From an uncultured bacterium (GTDB lineage: Bacteria; Edwardsbacteria; AC1; EtOH8): a DNA stretch of 64,000 bases. The notes below the pieces were generated by a model. The model was not told the origin of the DNA and did not search any database. It saw only the letters and a program-made list of their open reading frames with translations. Position 1 is the stretch's first letter; the number at the start of each line of letters is the position of its first letter. This document shows, piece by piece, positions 19,499 to 29,599 of this stretch. The position numbers and the translations under genes were made by a program. The stretch spans positions 32,001 to 96,000 of the forward strand of contig CAWAAX010000009.1 in NCBI GenBank assembly GCA_963780225.1. Reading direction: 5' to 3'.

Positions 19499-19538
19499 AA
19501 GTAATGAGTCGGGAACAATCCCGGCTCATTACTTTTTT
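19499..19538 (+). terminator. Rho-independent terminator after pnp
   Basis: aagtaatgagtcggga-acaa-tcccggctcattactt followed by a T-run. Confidence 0.8.
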
Positions 19539-19545
19539 GGGCTTA

Positions 19546-19574
19546 TTGACAAGAACCGGTTTCCATGCTATTAT
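19546..19574 (+). promoter_or_regulatory. sigma70-type promoter
   Basis: TTGACA-17 nt-TATTAT with TG extension. Confidence 0.6.
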
Positions 19575-19705
19575 AAATCAGGTAGTTGTACTTCGGTAAA
19601 ATCCATATTTATTCAATGCTTGTCCTGAATGATAATGCTGGTGCCTTCAGCCTATCATACGAAGTTTAATATTTGCCAAAGTTCAGCAATAACTAAAAAA
19701 CATCA

Positions 19706-21967
19706 ATGGAGGATCTTAAAATGAGGAAGTTCTGTCTGGCATTAGCGCTGTTGCTGGCAGCAGTAAGCTTGGTACAGGCCCTGCCCGGGCAATCTTTTAA
19801 AGCAACAGCCAAAGGCTTAAATAGCTTTCATCCCCGGTCCGCTCCGGCCATTGCCCTGGTTGGCAGCCTTAAAACTGTGACTTCAGTCTGGTTCACCTCC
19901 AACGGCACGACGACCCAGGTTTCGCCGCAGGGCGAAATATTAACCTGGGCGGCCAATTGCCTGCTCAACGACACCCTGCAATGGGAAATATGGATCGACT
20001 CCAATGATAACGGCCTGTTCGACAGCCTGGGGGCCGATCAAGACCTGCGATTATTTGTCTACTCGGTAGCCAACGGTGATACCCTTGGCGGTCAGGGCCT
20101 GCCAGACACCACGGCTGCCTCCGACTATGAGATCGTTAATGTGCTAAGAAACGGCTTTGCTCCGGCGTTATACTGGCTTAGGGCCGTCAGTTTGGTGGAC
20201 GGTAGCTCGGCCTTTGATTCGGTGCGGGTAACGCCCATGGTATCGCCCTGGGCCACGGTCTCCGGCCATGTTCACGTGCCGGGCGACAGCGCCTTGCAAA
20301 AAAACCTATGGTTGGAGGCTGACCTCTACACCGGCGGGGATGGTGGAAGTCCCATATTTTGGGCTGCAATCACCGACGACTATGGTAACTACACTATCAA
20401 TATGGACAATACCTATCCGGACACGCTGTGGGGCATTGGTTATTTGAGCGACATCGTGGCCGTTTCGGGAGTCTACGCGGCTCCGGGCGATACCATCATT
20501 CGGGTGATCGGCGGAGATTACACCGGCGTAAACTTTGCTTATACCGCCGCCACCGACAGCATCACCGGCGAGGTGAGAGACGAATCGGGTATGCCGTTAT
20601 CCATGGCGGTATATGTATATGCGCAACAAGGCAACCTCCAAAAGGAGATCCAGACCAGCGGCAGCCACTATCAGCTGTTCTTTACCACTGCTGATACCGG
20701 CACTTGGCGGCTGGGGTGCTATATGGGTGAGGGCGCGCCATACATGTCCCCCAGCCAGGTTGAGCTCCAGCCGGCCGGCTCCGGGCATTTGGTCCACGAT
20801 TTTATAGCCTACCTAGCTACCGATTCTATTATGGGAACAGTGACCGAGCAGGGAGGAATCCCCAGCCAGGTCTATAGAATTCAGGCCTGGTCGGATTTCC
20901 TTCAGATATCGGCTCAGGCTTTAACCGATCCTTCGACTGGTGTTTACAAGCTGATGGTGTCCGATTCTTCCAGCTATAATGTGGGCATTTCCACCTGGGA
21001 CAATGAGTACCCCATTCCGGATGGCTGGACAGCAACCCCCAGCGGGTATAGCAATGTCAATCCTCCGGACAGCGGAAAGAATTTTGACCTTTCTCCGGCT
21101 ACCACCTTCATCACCGGCCAGATCACCCAGGACGCCGGCGATGCCCAGCCGATAGATTACGGCCAGACCTGGGTGCAGGCAAGCCCGATACACGGAGGCA
21201 GCCAATTCCAGTCCCAGCCCGATATGTCAGGACAGTATTCAATTCCGGTGGCGCCCGACTCTTACACTGTCTGGATCGGCAGCGCAGGTTTTCTGTTTAC
21301 GCCTTCTCAGTACCAGAATGTGGGCGTTAGTCAGGACGAGACCATTCTCGATAAGAATTTTATCGCCAACTACGGGCATTGCCGGGTGGAGGTGAATTTG
21401 ATAGGTTATCCAGCAGATTATATAAATTGGATGAGCGCCAGTGATGAATTAAGCTGGCCCAATGCCTATCAGGCAAACGTTGAAGTGAATGGATCGGGAG
21501 CCTATAACCTGTATATCTGCAACTCCAATGGCTGGAACGTCTGGGCGCCTAATGCTGCCGGGTATAATGTATCGCCGGGCAATTATAATATCGGCGACAT
21601 CACCCACTCCGACATTTACCGGGGGGTCTATACTTTTACCTATATGCCAACCGGGGTGGAGGGCGAACCCAAAGATCGCCCGATGCCCACGGTATTCAAG
21701 CTTTCCCAGAACAGCCCCAACCCGTCCCCGGGCCGGACCCGAATAGACTACCAGCTTCCCCAAACGGCCGGGGTCTCGTTGGTGATCTATAATATCCTGG
21801 GGCAGGAGATCAGAAGGTACAATCTGGGCTCCCAGCAGCCGGGTTATTATTCCGTTGACTGGGATGGCAGGGATGAAAACGGGCGAACAGCGGTAGCTGG
21901 AGTTTATCTCTACCGTCTGCAGGCCGGCGGGAATAAGGCTATAAGGAAAATGATGGTGCTTAGATAA
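19706..21967 (+). CDS. Secreted beta-sandwich repeat protein with C-terminal FlgD-Ig/T9SS type A-like sorting domain
   Basis: Signal peptide; repeated ITGxV/ITD-x-GxY modules; C-terminus LSQNSPNP...IYNILGQ...WDGRDENG...GVYLYRL...KMMVLR; alternative start 19721. Confidence 0.8.
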   Translation: MEDLKMRKFCLALALLLAAVSLVQALPGQSFKATAKGLNSFHPRSAPAIALVGSLKTVTSVWFTSNGTTTQVSPQGEILTWAANCLLNDTLQWEIWIDSNDNGLFDSLGADQDLRLFVYSVANGDTLGGQGLPDTTAASDYEIVNVLRNGFAPALYWLRAVSLVDGSSAFDSVRVTPMVSPWATVSGHVHVPGDSALQKNLWLEADLYTGGDGGSPIFWAAITDDYGNYTINMDNTYPDTLWGIGYLSDIVAVSGVYAAPGDTIIRVIGGDYTGVNFAYTAATDSITGEVRDESGMPLSMAVYVYAQQGNLQKEIQTSGSHYQLFFTTADTGTWRLGCYMGEGAPYMSPSQVELQPAGSGHLVHDFIAYLATDSIMGTVTEQGGIPSQVYRIQAWSDFLQISAQALTDPSTGVYKLMVSDSSSYNVGISTWDNEYPIPDGWTATPSGYSNVNPPDSGKNFDLSPATTFITGQITQDAGDAQPIDYGQTWVQASPIHGGSQFQSQPDMSGQYSIPVAPDSYTVWIGSAGFLFTPSQYQNVGVSQDETILDKNFIANYGHCRVEVNLIGYPADYINWMSASDELSWPNAYQANVEVNGSGAYNLYICNSNGWNVWAPNAAGYNVSPGNYNIGDITHSDIYRGVYTFTYMPTGVEGEPKDRPMPTVFKLSQNSPNPSPGRTRIDYQLPQTAGVSLVIYNILGQEIRRYNLGSQQPGYYSVDWDGRDENGRTAVAGVYLYRLQAGGNKAIRKMMVLR

Positions 21968-22176
21968 ACCCCACCGTTCGGGGATCGTCTTTGGTCTTGG
22001 CTTCGGCCAGCTCAGCCCGGCGGCGCAGTACATCGCTCAGCGTAAGTGTTTCGGGTAATTCCTAAGAAAAAAGCGCCCTGTAGTTCTCTTTCGCCTGCCC
22101 TGTGGCAGATTATGGCGGACAAGTTTGCGGGGCGCTTTTAGTTATTTATGTTTTTAAGGTTTTTAAGTTCAAAGTT

Positions 22177-22212
22177 AAAAATCCCGGCCTTATTTTAAGA
22201 CCGGGATTTTTT
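22177..22212. terminator. Bidirectional terminator between convergent genes
   Basis: aaaaatcccgg...ccgggatttttt. Confidence 0.75.
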
Positions 22213-22230
22213 ATAGAGATATCTGAATCG

Positions 22231-23163
22231 CTATTTCTTACGTTTGATGGGAGATTTTATTTCCCAGTCCACCACCAGGCTGGCCACGATGAATATCGAG
22301 GAATAAGTTCCGATAATCAAGCCGAACAGCATGGGCTTGGTGAAATCGGACAGCACCCGGCCGGAGAAAAGCTGCAGGGCCACCAGCACCATGAACACTG
22401 AAACGGCGGTGACCAGGGTCCGGGAAAGGGTCTCGTTGATGGAGCGGTTTACCAGCTCGCCGTATGTTTCTTTGTGAGGCTTCTTGACGTTCTCCCGGAT
22501 GCGGTCGGCCACCACGATGGAATCGTTGATGGAATAACCGACTATGGTCAAAAGCACCGCCACCGACTGCAGGTTAAATTCCATACCGGCCAGGGAGATG
22601 AAACCGATGGTGCAGGCCACGTCGTGGAACAGGGAGATGATGGCGGCCACTCCGAAACGGAAATCAAAGCGGAAGGCCACATATATCAGGATGAACAGCA
22701 GGCCCACCAGCACCGCCCAAAGGGCCTTGATCTGAAGCTCCTTGCCGATCTTGGGGCCTACCGTTTCGTCGCTATCGACGGTCACCTGGTTCTGGGCCAG
22801 CTTCTGATTCAGGGCCTCGGCCAACTTTTGCCCCATGGATATCCCTTTTTCCGAACCGGCATCCTGCAGTCCGGTCCGGATCAGGAAGGCATTCTTGATC
22901 TTGCCGGTGTCCTTTATCTTCTGAATCTCGGTGATGATGAATCCCGCATCGGATAAGGTAGTACGGACTTCTTCGGTCTCAACCGGTTCCTGGAAGTGAA
23001 CCTGCAGCAGGGTGCCACCGGTGAAGTCGACCCCGAGGTTAAGACCCCCGTGGACCATTACCGAAACTATCGCCGCCACAGTGATTACTATGGAGAATAT
23101 ATAGGCTTTATACCTGTTCGGTATGAATGAAAAATTGGGGATGCTTTTGAATATTGAAATCAT
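22231..23163 (-). CDS. secF: Protein translocase subunit SecF
   Basis: GVDFTGGT, VGPKIGKEL, GYSINDSIVVADRIRE, ETLSRT, GTYSSIF. Confidence 0.95.
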   Translation of the reverse strand: MISIFKSIPNFSFIPNRYKAYIFSIVITVAAIVSVMVHGGLNLGVDFTGGTLLQVHFQEPVETEEVRTTLSDAGFIITEIQKIKDTGKIKNAFLIRTGLQDAGSEKGISMGQKLAEALNQKLAQNQVTVDSDETVGPKIGKELQIKALWAVLVGLLFILIYVAFRFDFRFGVAAIISLFHDVACTIGFISLAGMEFNLQSVAVLLTIVGYSINDSIVVADRIRENVKKPHKETYGELVNRSINETLSRTLVTAVSVFMVLVALQLFSGRVLSDFTKPMLFGLIIGTYSSIFIVASLVVDWEIKSPIKRKK

Positions 23164-23175
23164 GCTGTGGTCTCC

Positions 23176-24780
23176 TTAAATGTAGAGTTTGGACGTGTTC
23201 CACCTGACGGTGATCCAGTCGAAGATCATCCGGGTGACGATGACCGCGGTGAACATAGACACCAGCAGGCCGATGATCAGCGAGACGGCGAACCCTTTGA
23301 TCGGGCCGGTCCCGAATATCAGCAGGGCCACCGAGGAGAAAAATACTGTGGCGTTTGAATCCAGGATGGTGGTGAAGGCTTTGTCGTAACCGGCCTCGAT
23401 AGCCGCCCGCACCGTCTTGCCGGCTGTCAGTTCCTCCCGGATGCGTTCGAAGATCAGCACGTAGGTGTCGACGGCCATGCCGATGGTCAACGCCACTCCG
23501 GCGATGCCGGGCAGGGTCAGGGTAAAGCGGAAGGCGGCCATCACCGCCAGCAGCATTACCACGTTCAAGCCCAGGGCCAGCACAGCCACCAGTCCGCCCA
23601 GGCTGTAATAGATGATCAGGAACAGGATCACAGCCACGCCGCCGATCATGGTGGCCTTCATCCCGTTGGAGATGGAATCCAGGCCCAGGGTCGGGCCCAC
23701 CGAGCGCTCCTCGATTATCTCCACCGGGGCGGGCAGGGCGCCGGCCCTTAAGATGATGGCCAAGTCCTTGGCCTGGTCGGGGTTGGATGAGGTGCCCAGG
23801 GTGATCTGCCCCCGGCCGTTGGGAATCCGCTCCTGGATAACCGGGGCCGACTTGACCACGCCGTCCAGCACGATGGCCAACCGCCGCTTGACGTTGGCCG
23901 CGGTGACCCGGGAGAAGAGGTTGGCCGCCTGGCGCACCAGCACAAAGTCCACATAAAGGCCGCCGGGGTTGTCGGCCGTGCCCACGCCCATCCGGGCTTC
24001 GGCCAGCGAGGCCCCGGTGATCTCGGGCTGTTTTTTCATCATATATAACGGATAGCCCCGGAAGTTCTCGCCGCTGCTCTTCTCGCCCCACAGGAACTGG
24101 TAGTCCGGGGGGATGGCCGCTACCACCAGGGGATCGGCCAGCAGTTTTTCCACCAGGGGCTTGTCCTGCTCCATCACCATCAGTTCGCTGCCGGTGGGGG
24201 CCAAAAGCGCGCTAAAGGGCTTGTCCTCTATCCCCAGCATGGCGCTGTCGGAGACGATCTTCCGGGTCTTGTCGGACAGCAGGGCCTTGTCTATTTTGTC
24301 CAGCACCTCCATGGTCACCTTGTCCTCCTGGACCAGCTTGAATTCCAGCAGGGCGGTGGTCCCGATCAGGCCCCGGGCCCGGTCCTTGTCCACTCCCGGC
24401 AGCTGGACCACAATCCGGTCATTGCCCTGTTTCTGAATGGAGGGCTCGGCCACGCCGAACTGGTCCACCCGGTTCCGGATGATCTCCAGGGCCCGGTCGG
24501 TGGCGTCGGAAAGCTCTTTTTCGGTGATCTCGGTGGCTTCCTTGCCCATGGCCTTGGCCAGCCCCTGGCGGTTGATCTCCATCACCAGGTGCATGCCGCC
24601 CTGAAGGTCCAGGCCCAGGTGGATGGCCTTGGTGTAAAGCCGGTTCAGCTCCTCGCGGGGCATTTCGGCCTTCTGGGTTTCGGTCAAGCCCTGCAGCTTA
24701 AATGTGGGGATCAGCTGCCAGACGGCCGCCGCCAGAAGGACCACAGTAAGCAAGGCTTTCCAAAGATTGGCTTTTCTCAT
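23176..24780 (-). CDS. secD: Protein translocase subunit SecD
   Basis: LGLDLQGG, RNRVDQFGVAEP, LRAGALPAP, LTLPGIAG, IFERIREE. Confidence 0.95.
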   Translation of the reverse strand: MRKANLWKALLTVVLLAAAVWQLIPTFKLQGLTETQKAEMPREELNRLYTKAIHLGLDLQGGMHLVMEINRQGLAKAMGKEATEITEKELSDATDRALEIIRNRVDQFGVAEPSIQKQGNDRIVVQLPGVDKDRARGLIGTTALLEFKLVQEDKVTMEVLDKIDKALLSDKTRKIVSDSAMLGIEDKPFSALLAPTGSELMVMEQDKPLVEKLLADPLVVAAIPPDYQFLWGEKSSGENFRGYPLYMMKKQPEITGASLAEARMGVGTADNPGGLYVDFVLVRQAANLFSRVTAANVKRRLAIVLDGVVKSAPVIQERIPNGRGQITLGTSSNPDQAKDLAIILRAGALPAPVEIIEERSVGPTLGLDSISNGMKATMIGGVAVILFLIIYYSLGGLVAVLALGLNVVMLLAVMAAFRFTLTLPGIAGVALTIGMAVDTYVLIFERIREELTAGKTVRAAIEAGYDKAFTTILDSNATVFFSSVALLIFGTGPIKGFAVSLIIGLLVSMFTAVIVTRMIFDWITVRWNTSKLYI

Positions 24781-24898
24781 CGCCTTAAACTAAGCTCCTA
24801 TCCTTAAATGATAATGATTGTATTTTTAATGGTAAACCATTATTTTAGCCTAAATTACAAGGTCTTGTCAAGTATAATCGGAGATTTCCATTTTACCA

Positions 24899-24927
24899 TT
24901 GACATCTAAAATTTATCGTGATATTCT
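24899..24927 (+). promoter_or_regulatory. sigma70-type promoter (a divergent secD promoter lies on the minus strand at ~24842-24871)
   Basis: TTGACA-17 nt-TATTCT with TG; the minus strand reads TTGACA-18 nt-TAAAAT. Confidence 0.6.
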
Positions 24928-25073
24928 TACAAAATGGGCCGGTTCAAGCCGGGTGTGCTCGATCGCCGCCCGGGATCCTTAAGGCATGAAACGCACCAAC
25001 CCATCATTGGCAAAAACCTGCCAGGCTGATGCGCCCCGAAAAGAAAATAACGGTTGAAAATAAAGGAAAGAAA

Positions 25074-25421
25074 ATGGATAAGTTCGACGAGATCAATCGC
25101 AAGAGAAAAGAAGCACATACTCAGCTAATGAAGCTGGATTCAAAAGTCTACAAAGCCTTTCTGGAGATGGAGAAGGTGACCTTTTGCGATGGCGCTTTGT
25201 CCAAAAAGAATAAGGAACTTATGGCCGCGGCGATAGGAATAGTCACCAATTGCGAGTCATGCATGCAGTGGCATATTGAACAGGCGATAAAAGAGGGTGC
25301 CACAATGAATGAAATACTTGAAGCAATTGAGGTCGCTATCGAGATGGGAATCGGCCCGGCCACGGTCAATGCCAGATTTGCACTGGAAGTGATGGATAAG
25401 AATTTCAATAATAAAAAATAA
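25074..25421 (+). CDS. Carboxymuconolactone decarboxylase/AhpD family protein
   Basis: GALSKKNKELMAAAI...CESCMQWH...EILEAIEVA; alternative start 25029. Confidence 0.85.
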   Translation: MDKFDEINRKRKEAHTQLMKLDSKVYKAFLEMEKVTFCDGALSKKNKELMAAAIGIVTNCESCMQWHIEQAIKEGATMNEILEAIEVAIEMGIGPATVNARFALEVMDKNFNNKK

Positions 25422-25551
25422 ATATTTTCAGGAGCTTTGTGCCTGTCCCAAACGATGAAGGCGGCGGTCAAGACCGGGCCGCAGCCTGCCGGTTACAAAA
25501 TCGAAATACTTACAATATCATAAAATCATTTAAAATTTTAGGAGGGATCTA

Positions 25552-26583
25552 ATGCGCGCCCTGGTAAAAAACGAGCGGGCCCCGGGCCTGACCATGATGG
25601 ACGTACCACTGCCGGAGACGGGACCCAACGATGTGCTCATCCGCATTCACAAATCCGCCATTTGCGGCACCGACATGCATATCTGGAACTGGGACCCATG
25701 GGCCCAGAAGACCATACCCGTGCCGATGCCGGTGGGGCACGAATACGTGGGCGTTATCGAAAAAGTGGGCAGCGCCGTCACCGGGTACAAAGGGGGCGAG
25801 CGGGTGACGGGCGAGGGCCATCTGGTGTGCGGACACTGCCGCAACTGCCGGGCGGGCAAGCGCCACCTGTGCCCCAACACGGTCGGAGTCGGCGTCAACC
25901 GGCCGGGATCGTTCGCCGAATATCTGGCCATCCCCGCCGAGAACGTCTTTCCGGTGCCGGACAGCATCCCCGATGAGGTGGTCTCGATCTTCGATCCCTA
26001 CGGCAACGCGGCCCACACCGCCCTTTCATTCGACATGGTGGGGGAGGACGTGCTGATAACCGGGGCCGGCCCCATCGGCATCATGGCCGTGGCCATCGCC
26101 CGCCACGTGGGGGCCTGCAACGTGGTGATCACCGACGTCAACGACTACCGCCTGGACCTGGCCAAGAAGCTGGGAGCCACCCGGGCCGTGAACGTGGCCA
26201 GGGAAGACCTGAAGACTGTGATGCGCGACCTGGGGATGACCGAAGGATTTGACGTGGGCCTGGAGATGTCGGGTAACGCCGCCGCTTTCCGCACTATGCT
26301 GGATTCCATGCTCAACGGAGGGCGCATCGCGATGCTGGGGATCATGGGCGAAAACGAGGCCATCGACTGGGGCAAGGTCATCTTCAAAGGCCTGTTCCTG
26401 AAGGGCATCTACGGCCGGGAGATGTTTGAGACCTGGTATAAGATGACAGCCATGATCCGCTCCGGACTGGACATCAGTCCGGTCATCACTCACCGTTTTC
26501 CCATAGAGGAGTTCAAGTCGGGGTTCGAGGTCATGGGCAGCGGTAAATCCGGCAAGGTCGTTTTGGACTGGGGTGTGAAGTAA
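25552..26583 (+). CDS. tdh: L-threonine 3-dehydrogenase (Zn-MDR type)
   Basis: [57 protein letters not shown]. Confidence 0.95.
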   Translation: MRALVKNERAPGLTMMDVPLPETGPNDVLIRIHKSAICGTDMHIWNWDPWAQKTIPVPMPVGHEYVGVIEKVGSAVTGYKGGERVTGEGHLVCGHCRNCRAGKRHLCPNTVGVGVNRPGSFAEYLAIPAENVFPVPDSIPDEVVSIFDPYGNAAHTALSFDMVGEDVLITGAGPIGIMAVAIARHVGACNVVITDVNDYRLDLAKKLGATRAVNVAREDLKTVMRDLGMTEGFDVGLEMSGNAAAFRTMLDSMLNGGRIAMLGIMGENEAIDWGKVIFKGLFLKGIYGREMFETWYKMTAMIRSGLDISPVITHRFPIEEFKSGFEVMGSGKSGKVVLDWGVK

Positions 26584-26654
26584 GCACCACCTGTTCAAGC
26601 CAAAAGACAATGCCAAGGGTTTTAAGGCGGACAGGAAGAGGATTGGGTTATCTC

Positions 26655-26685
26655 AAACGTCCCGGGGAACCGGGGCGTTTTTTTT
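26655..26685 (+). terminator. Rho-independent terminator after tdh
   Basis: cgtccccgg-ggaa-ccggggcg followed by a T-run. Confidence 0.75.
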
Positions 26686-26793
26686 ATTCTTAGTATCCTC
26701 ATATCTATACTTTTCTGCTTGACAAAAAAGAGCAGTGATGGATATAATAACTCTGAAAGACACTGTCCTTAAAAACCATTTATCGTTCATATT

Positions 26794-27718
26794 ATGGAGG
26801 CTAAAATGGAACAGGCAGATGCCCGGAGGGAGGCGGATTGCATCAATAACGTGAAATCGCCAGATGCTTTCCACAGGCTTCTTTTCACAGCGATCATATT
26901 GTTGTTCATCTGCCTGGCGGCAATGCTTCCAGCCGGCCGGGCCGGGGCCTGCTCCAGCTTCCTGCTGGAGCGGGGTTGAATTGAAATCCTATTGGTGCGC
27001 GGTGACACCATCCTGGTGGGGCACAATCTTGACGAGAACTTCGCCGAAATACCCGGTTTGATGGTGGTCAATCCCCGCGGCATCGCCAAGACCGGCATCG
27101 GCTGGAACGGCTTGGTCAACCCGCTTGCCAGGGTAAAACCCACTTCCCTGGGAAAATATGGCTCGCTGACCTACAGCGCCTTTGGAAAAGAGTTCCCCGA
27201 CGGGGGCCTGAACGAGGCCGGGCTATATGTGGGTGAGATGAATTATTACTATACCGAATATCCCGGCGATAAAACACTAATCAGGCTCTACCACAACCAG
27301 TGGATCCAGTACCTGCTGGATAACTTCGAGACGGTGGACCAGGTGCTGGCCGACCTGAAGCGGGTGGTGCGTCAGACGGCCACAACCGCTGGCAATTCTT
27401 TGTGGCCGACGCCAAGGGCAGGGCGGCGGCGATAAGCAGCTTTCATGGTTCAAGGGAAAGCCGGTGATCAACGCCGGGGATCTCCCCTGCCGGTCAAGGC
27501 GTTATGCAACCGCCGCTATACCCGCGAGATGGATTCGCTGAAGTCCTATGCGGGGGTACGGCGGCTCGCGGGCGGTGGATTACCGCGACACCACCTATGA
27601 CCGCCGTCTTCGTCTGGGCGGCGGAGATGCTGCGGAAGCAGGACAAAAAGATCCCGGCCGGGGATTACGCCCGCTCGATACTCCGTGCAGTTGGATACCG
27701 CGAAACAACAAGTGGTCT
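26794..27718 (+). pseudogene. Disrupted linear amide C-N hydrolase (choloylglycine hydrolase/penicillin V acylase family, Ntn hydrolase)
   Basis: Signal peptide then A-CSSF nucleophile, GHNLDE, KYGSLT, PDGGLNEAGL, QWIQYLLDNF; in-frame TGA at 26977 and several frameshifts; truncated by the tdh copy; own TTGACA/TATAAT promoter at 26719-26748. Confidence 0.75.
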
Positions 27719-27719
27719 T

Positions 27720-28152
27720 GGCCAAGAAGCTGGATCATCCGGGCGTGAACGTGGCCAGGGAAGACCTGAAGACGGTGATGCGCGACCTGGGGATGCGAAG
27801 GATTTGACGTGGGCCTGGAGATGTCGGGCAACGCCGCCGCTTTCGCACTATGCTCGATGCCATGTCAACGGAGGGCGCATCGCGATGCTGGGGATCATGG
27901 GCGAAAACGAGGCCATCGATGGGGCAAGGTAATATTCAAAGGCCTGTTCTAAAGGGCATCTGCGGACGGGAGATGTTCGAGACCTGGTATAAGATGACGG
28001 CCATGATCCGCTCCGGACTGGACATCAGCCCGGTCATCACCCACCGCTTTCCCATAGAGGAGTTCAAGTCGGGGTTCGAGGTCATGGGCAGCGGAAATCC
28101 GGCAAGGTCGTTTTGGACTGGGGGTTAAATAAGCACTCATTTGTTCAAGCCA
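27720..28152 (+). pseudogene. Second, indel-ridden copy of the 3' ~40% of tdh plus downstream sequence
   Basis: Aligns by eye to 26160-26604 (gccaagaagctgg...ttttggactgggg...tgttcaagccaaa). Confidence 0.9.
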
Positions 28153-28398
28153 AATGACGTCGCGGATGGTCTTGATGCGTACATCAAAATTGGGATTTAA
28201 CGGTCCGGCCAAATCGAGGGCAGCCGGTGTACGGCGGATGGTCACTGCGCCCCGGTTTTCCGGGGCGTTTTTTTGTCTTATATTATTGCATTAAAGCCGA
28301 TATTTTGATATCATTAAAGCTTATATCCTGTCAATCCTTTCAGTCATTAAAACAAAACCAACCTAACCATAAAATCCAAAACTTTCAGGAGACGCTGC

Positions 28399-28986
28399 AT
28401 GGACAACGCCACCAGGATCCAGGACACCACCGCCAATCCCGCTCCCCTCGGCTTGATGGGCTTCGGCATGACCACCATATTGTTGAACCTTCACAATGCC
28501 GGGTTCTTTGGCCTGGACAGCGCCATTCTGGCCATGGGCCTGTTCTACGGCGGCATCACCCAGCTGATAGTCGGCATCATGGAATGGAAGAAGGGCAACA
28601 CCTTCGGCACGGTAGCCTTCACTTCCTACGGCGCCTTTTGGATCACCCTGGTGGGCCTGATGGTGATGCCCAAACTGGGCTGGACCGAGGCCCCGTCACC
28701 GGCCTCCATGGCCAGCTACCTTTCGGTCTGGGGTTTCTTCTCCTTCCTGTTGTTCATCGGCACTCTCAGGCTGAACAAGGCCCTGCAGTTGGTATTCGGT
28801 ACGTTGGTCGTTCTGTTCTTCCTGCTGGCGGCGGGCAAGGCCACCGGAAATGCCGCCATCCTTACCTTTGCCGGATACGAGGGCATAGTCTGCGGCCTCT
28901 TGGCCATGTATGCGGCCATCGCCCAGGTCTTCAACGAGATGCACGGGAAAGTGGTGCTGCCGCTGGGCCCGGTCAAGACCGCTTAA
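28399..28986 (+). CDS. satP: Acetate uptake transporter, GPR1/FUN34/YaaH family
   Basis: [37 protein letters not shown]. Confidence 0.93.
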   Translation: MDNATRIQDTTANPAPLGLMGFGMTTILLNLHNAGFFGLDSAILAMGLFYGGITQLIVGIMEWKKGNTFGTVAFTSYGAFWITLVGLMVMPKLGWTEAPSPASMASYLSVWGFFSFLLFIGTLRLNKALQLVFGTLVVLFFLLAAGKATGNAAILTFAGYEGIVCGLLAMYAAIAQVFNEMHGKVVLPLGPVKTA

Positions 28987-28989
28987 CCG

Positions 28990-29018
28990 TTGACTTTGAA
29001 ATTCACAGATGCTATACT
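28990..29018 (+). promoter_or_regulatory. sigma70-type promoter upstream of acpS-ligase-ACP-kbl
   Basis: TTGACT-17 nt-TATACT with TG extension. Confidence 0.65.
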
Positions 29019-29065
29019 TTTCTGAATGCTGGCGCTAAAAGGAGCCCCGGGATAATATCTAAAGG

Positions 29066-29208
29066 CTAATTTCTAAACTTGTCCTGAGCAAAGCCGAAGG
29101 ACACTAAACAAGCACTAATTACCGAAGCACTAAACTCAAAACAGTTTTGAGAATTTTTCATTCGTATTTTGACATTGTTTAGGGTTTCGAGTTTCGTGCT
29201 TAGGATTT
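29066..29208. repeat. Heptamer-period palindromic element with a nested REP-like hairpin (29078-29101)
   Basis: ctaaacaa...aaaacagttttgaga...ttgtttag; insert cttgtcctgagcaaagccgaagga. Confidence 0.8.
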
Positions 29209-29215
29209 GAGTAAG

Positions 29216-29599
29216 ATGGTGATCGGCATCGGGACAGATATCGTGGCAGTGGACCGGTTCAAAACGCTTAAGGACAAGGAGGAATTCCTGGCCCAGGTCT
29301 TTTCGCCCGAGGAACTGTCCCGCGCGCCCAAGGTAAACCGGGACCGGTTCTATGCCTCGCTGTTCGCGGTAAAAGAATCGGTACTCAAGGCCCTGGGATG
29401 CGGCCTGAGCCAGGGGTCCTTCTGGCACGATATCCGGATCTCCAAGGACATGCAGGCAGCCGTCACCGGCCGTCTGATGAGATTTGTCCCGGAGGGTTCA
29501 AACCCTAAGATCAGGGTCAGCCATTCCAGCACCCGGGAATACGCCACCGCCTATGTAATAATTGAAGATAAAAAATCAACAATAGGAGAAACGGCATGA
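29216..29599 (+). CDS. acpS: Holo-[acyl-carrier-protein] synthase (AcpS-type PPTase)
   Basis: MVIGIGTDIV, FAVKESVLKALG, VSHS; stop overlaps the next start (ATGA). Confidence 0.88.
   Translation: MVIGIGTDIVAVDRFKTLKDKEEFLAQVFSPEELSRAPKVNRDRFYASLFAVKESVLKALGCGLSQGSFWHDIRISKDMQAAVTGRLMRFVPEGSNPKIRVSHSSTREYATAYVIIEDKKSTIGETA

Noticed and set aside
24934..25040. SAM-I or c-di-GMP riboswitch
   Set aside because: Only fragments resemble the consensus (atgaa...caacc; ggcaaa); the core pairings are missing.
26977..26979. Selenocysteine or read-through at the in-frame TGA
   Set aside because: The catalytic Cys is already present upstream, the TGA lies in a duplicated junction, and the gene has further frameshifts.
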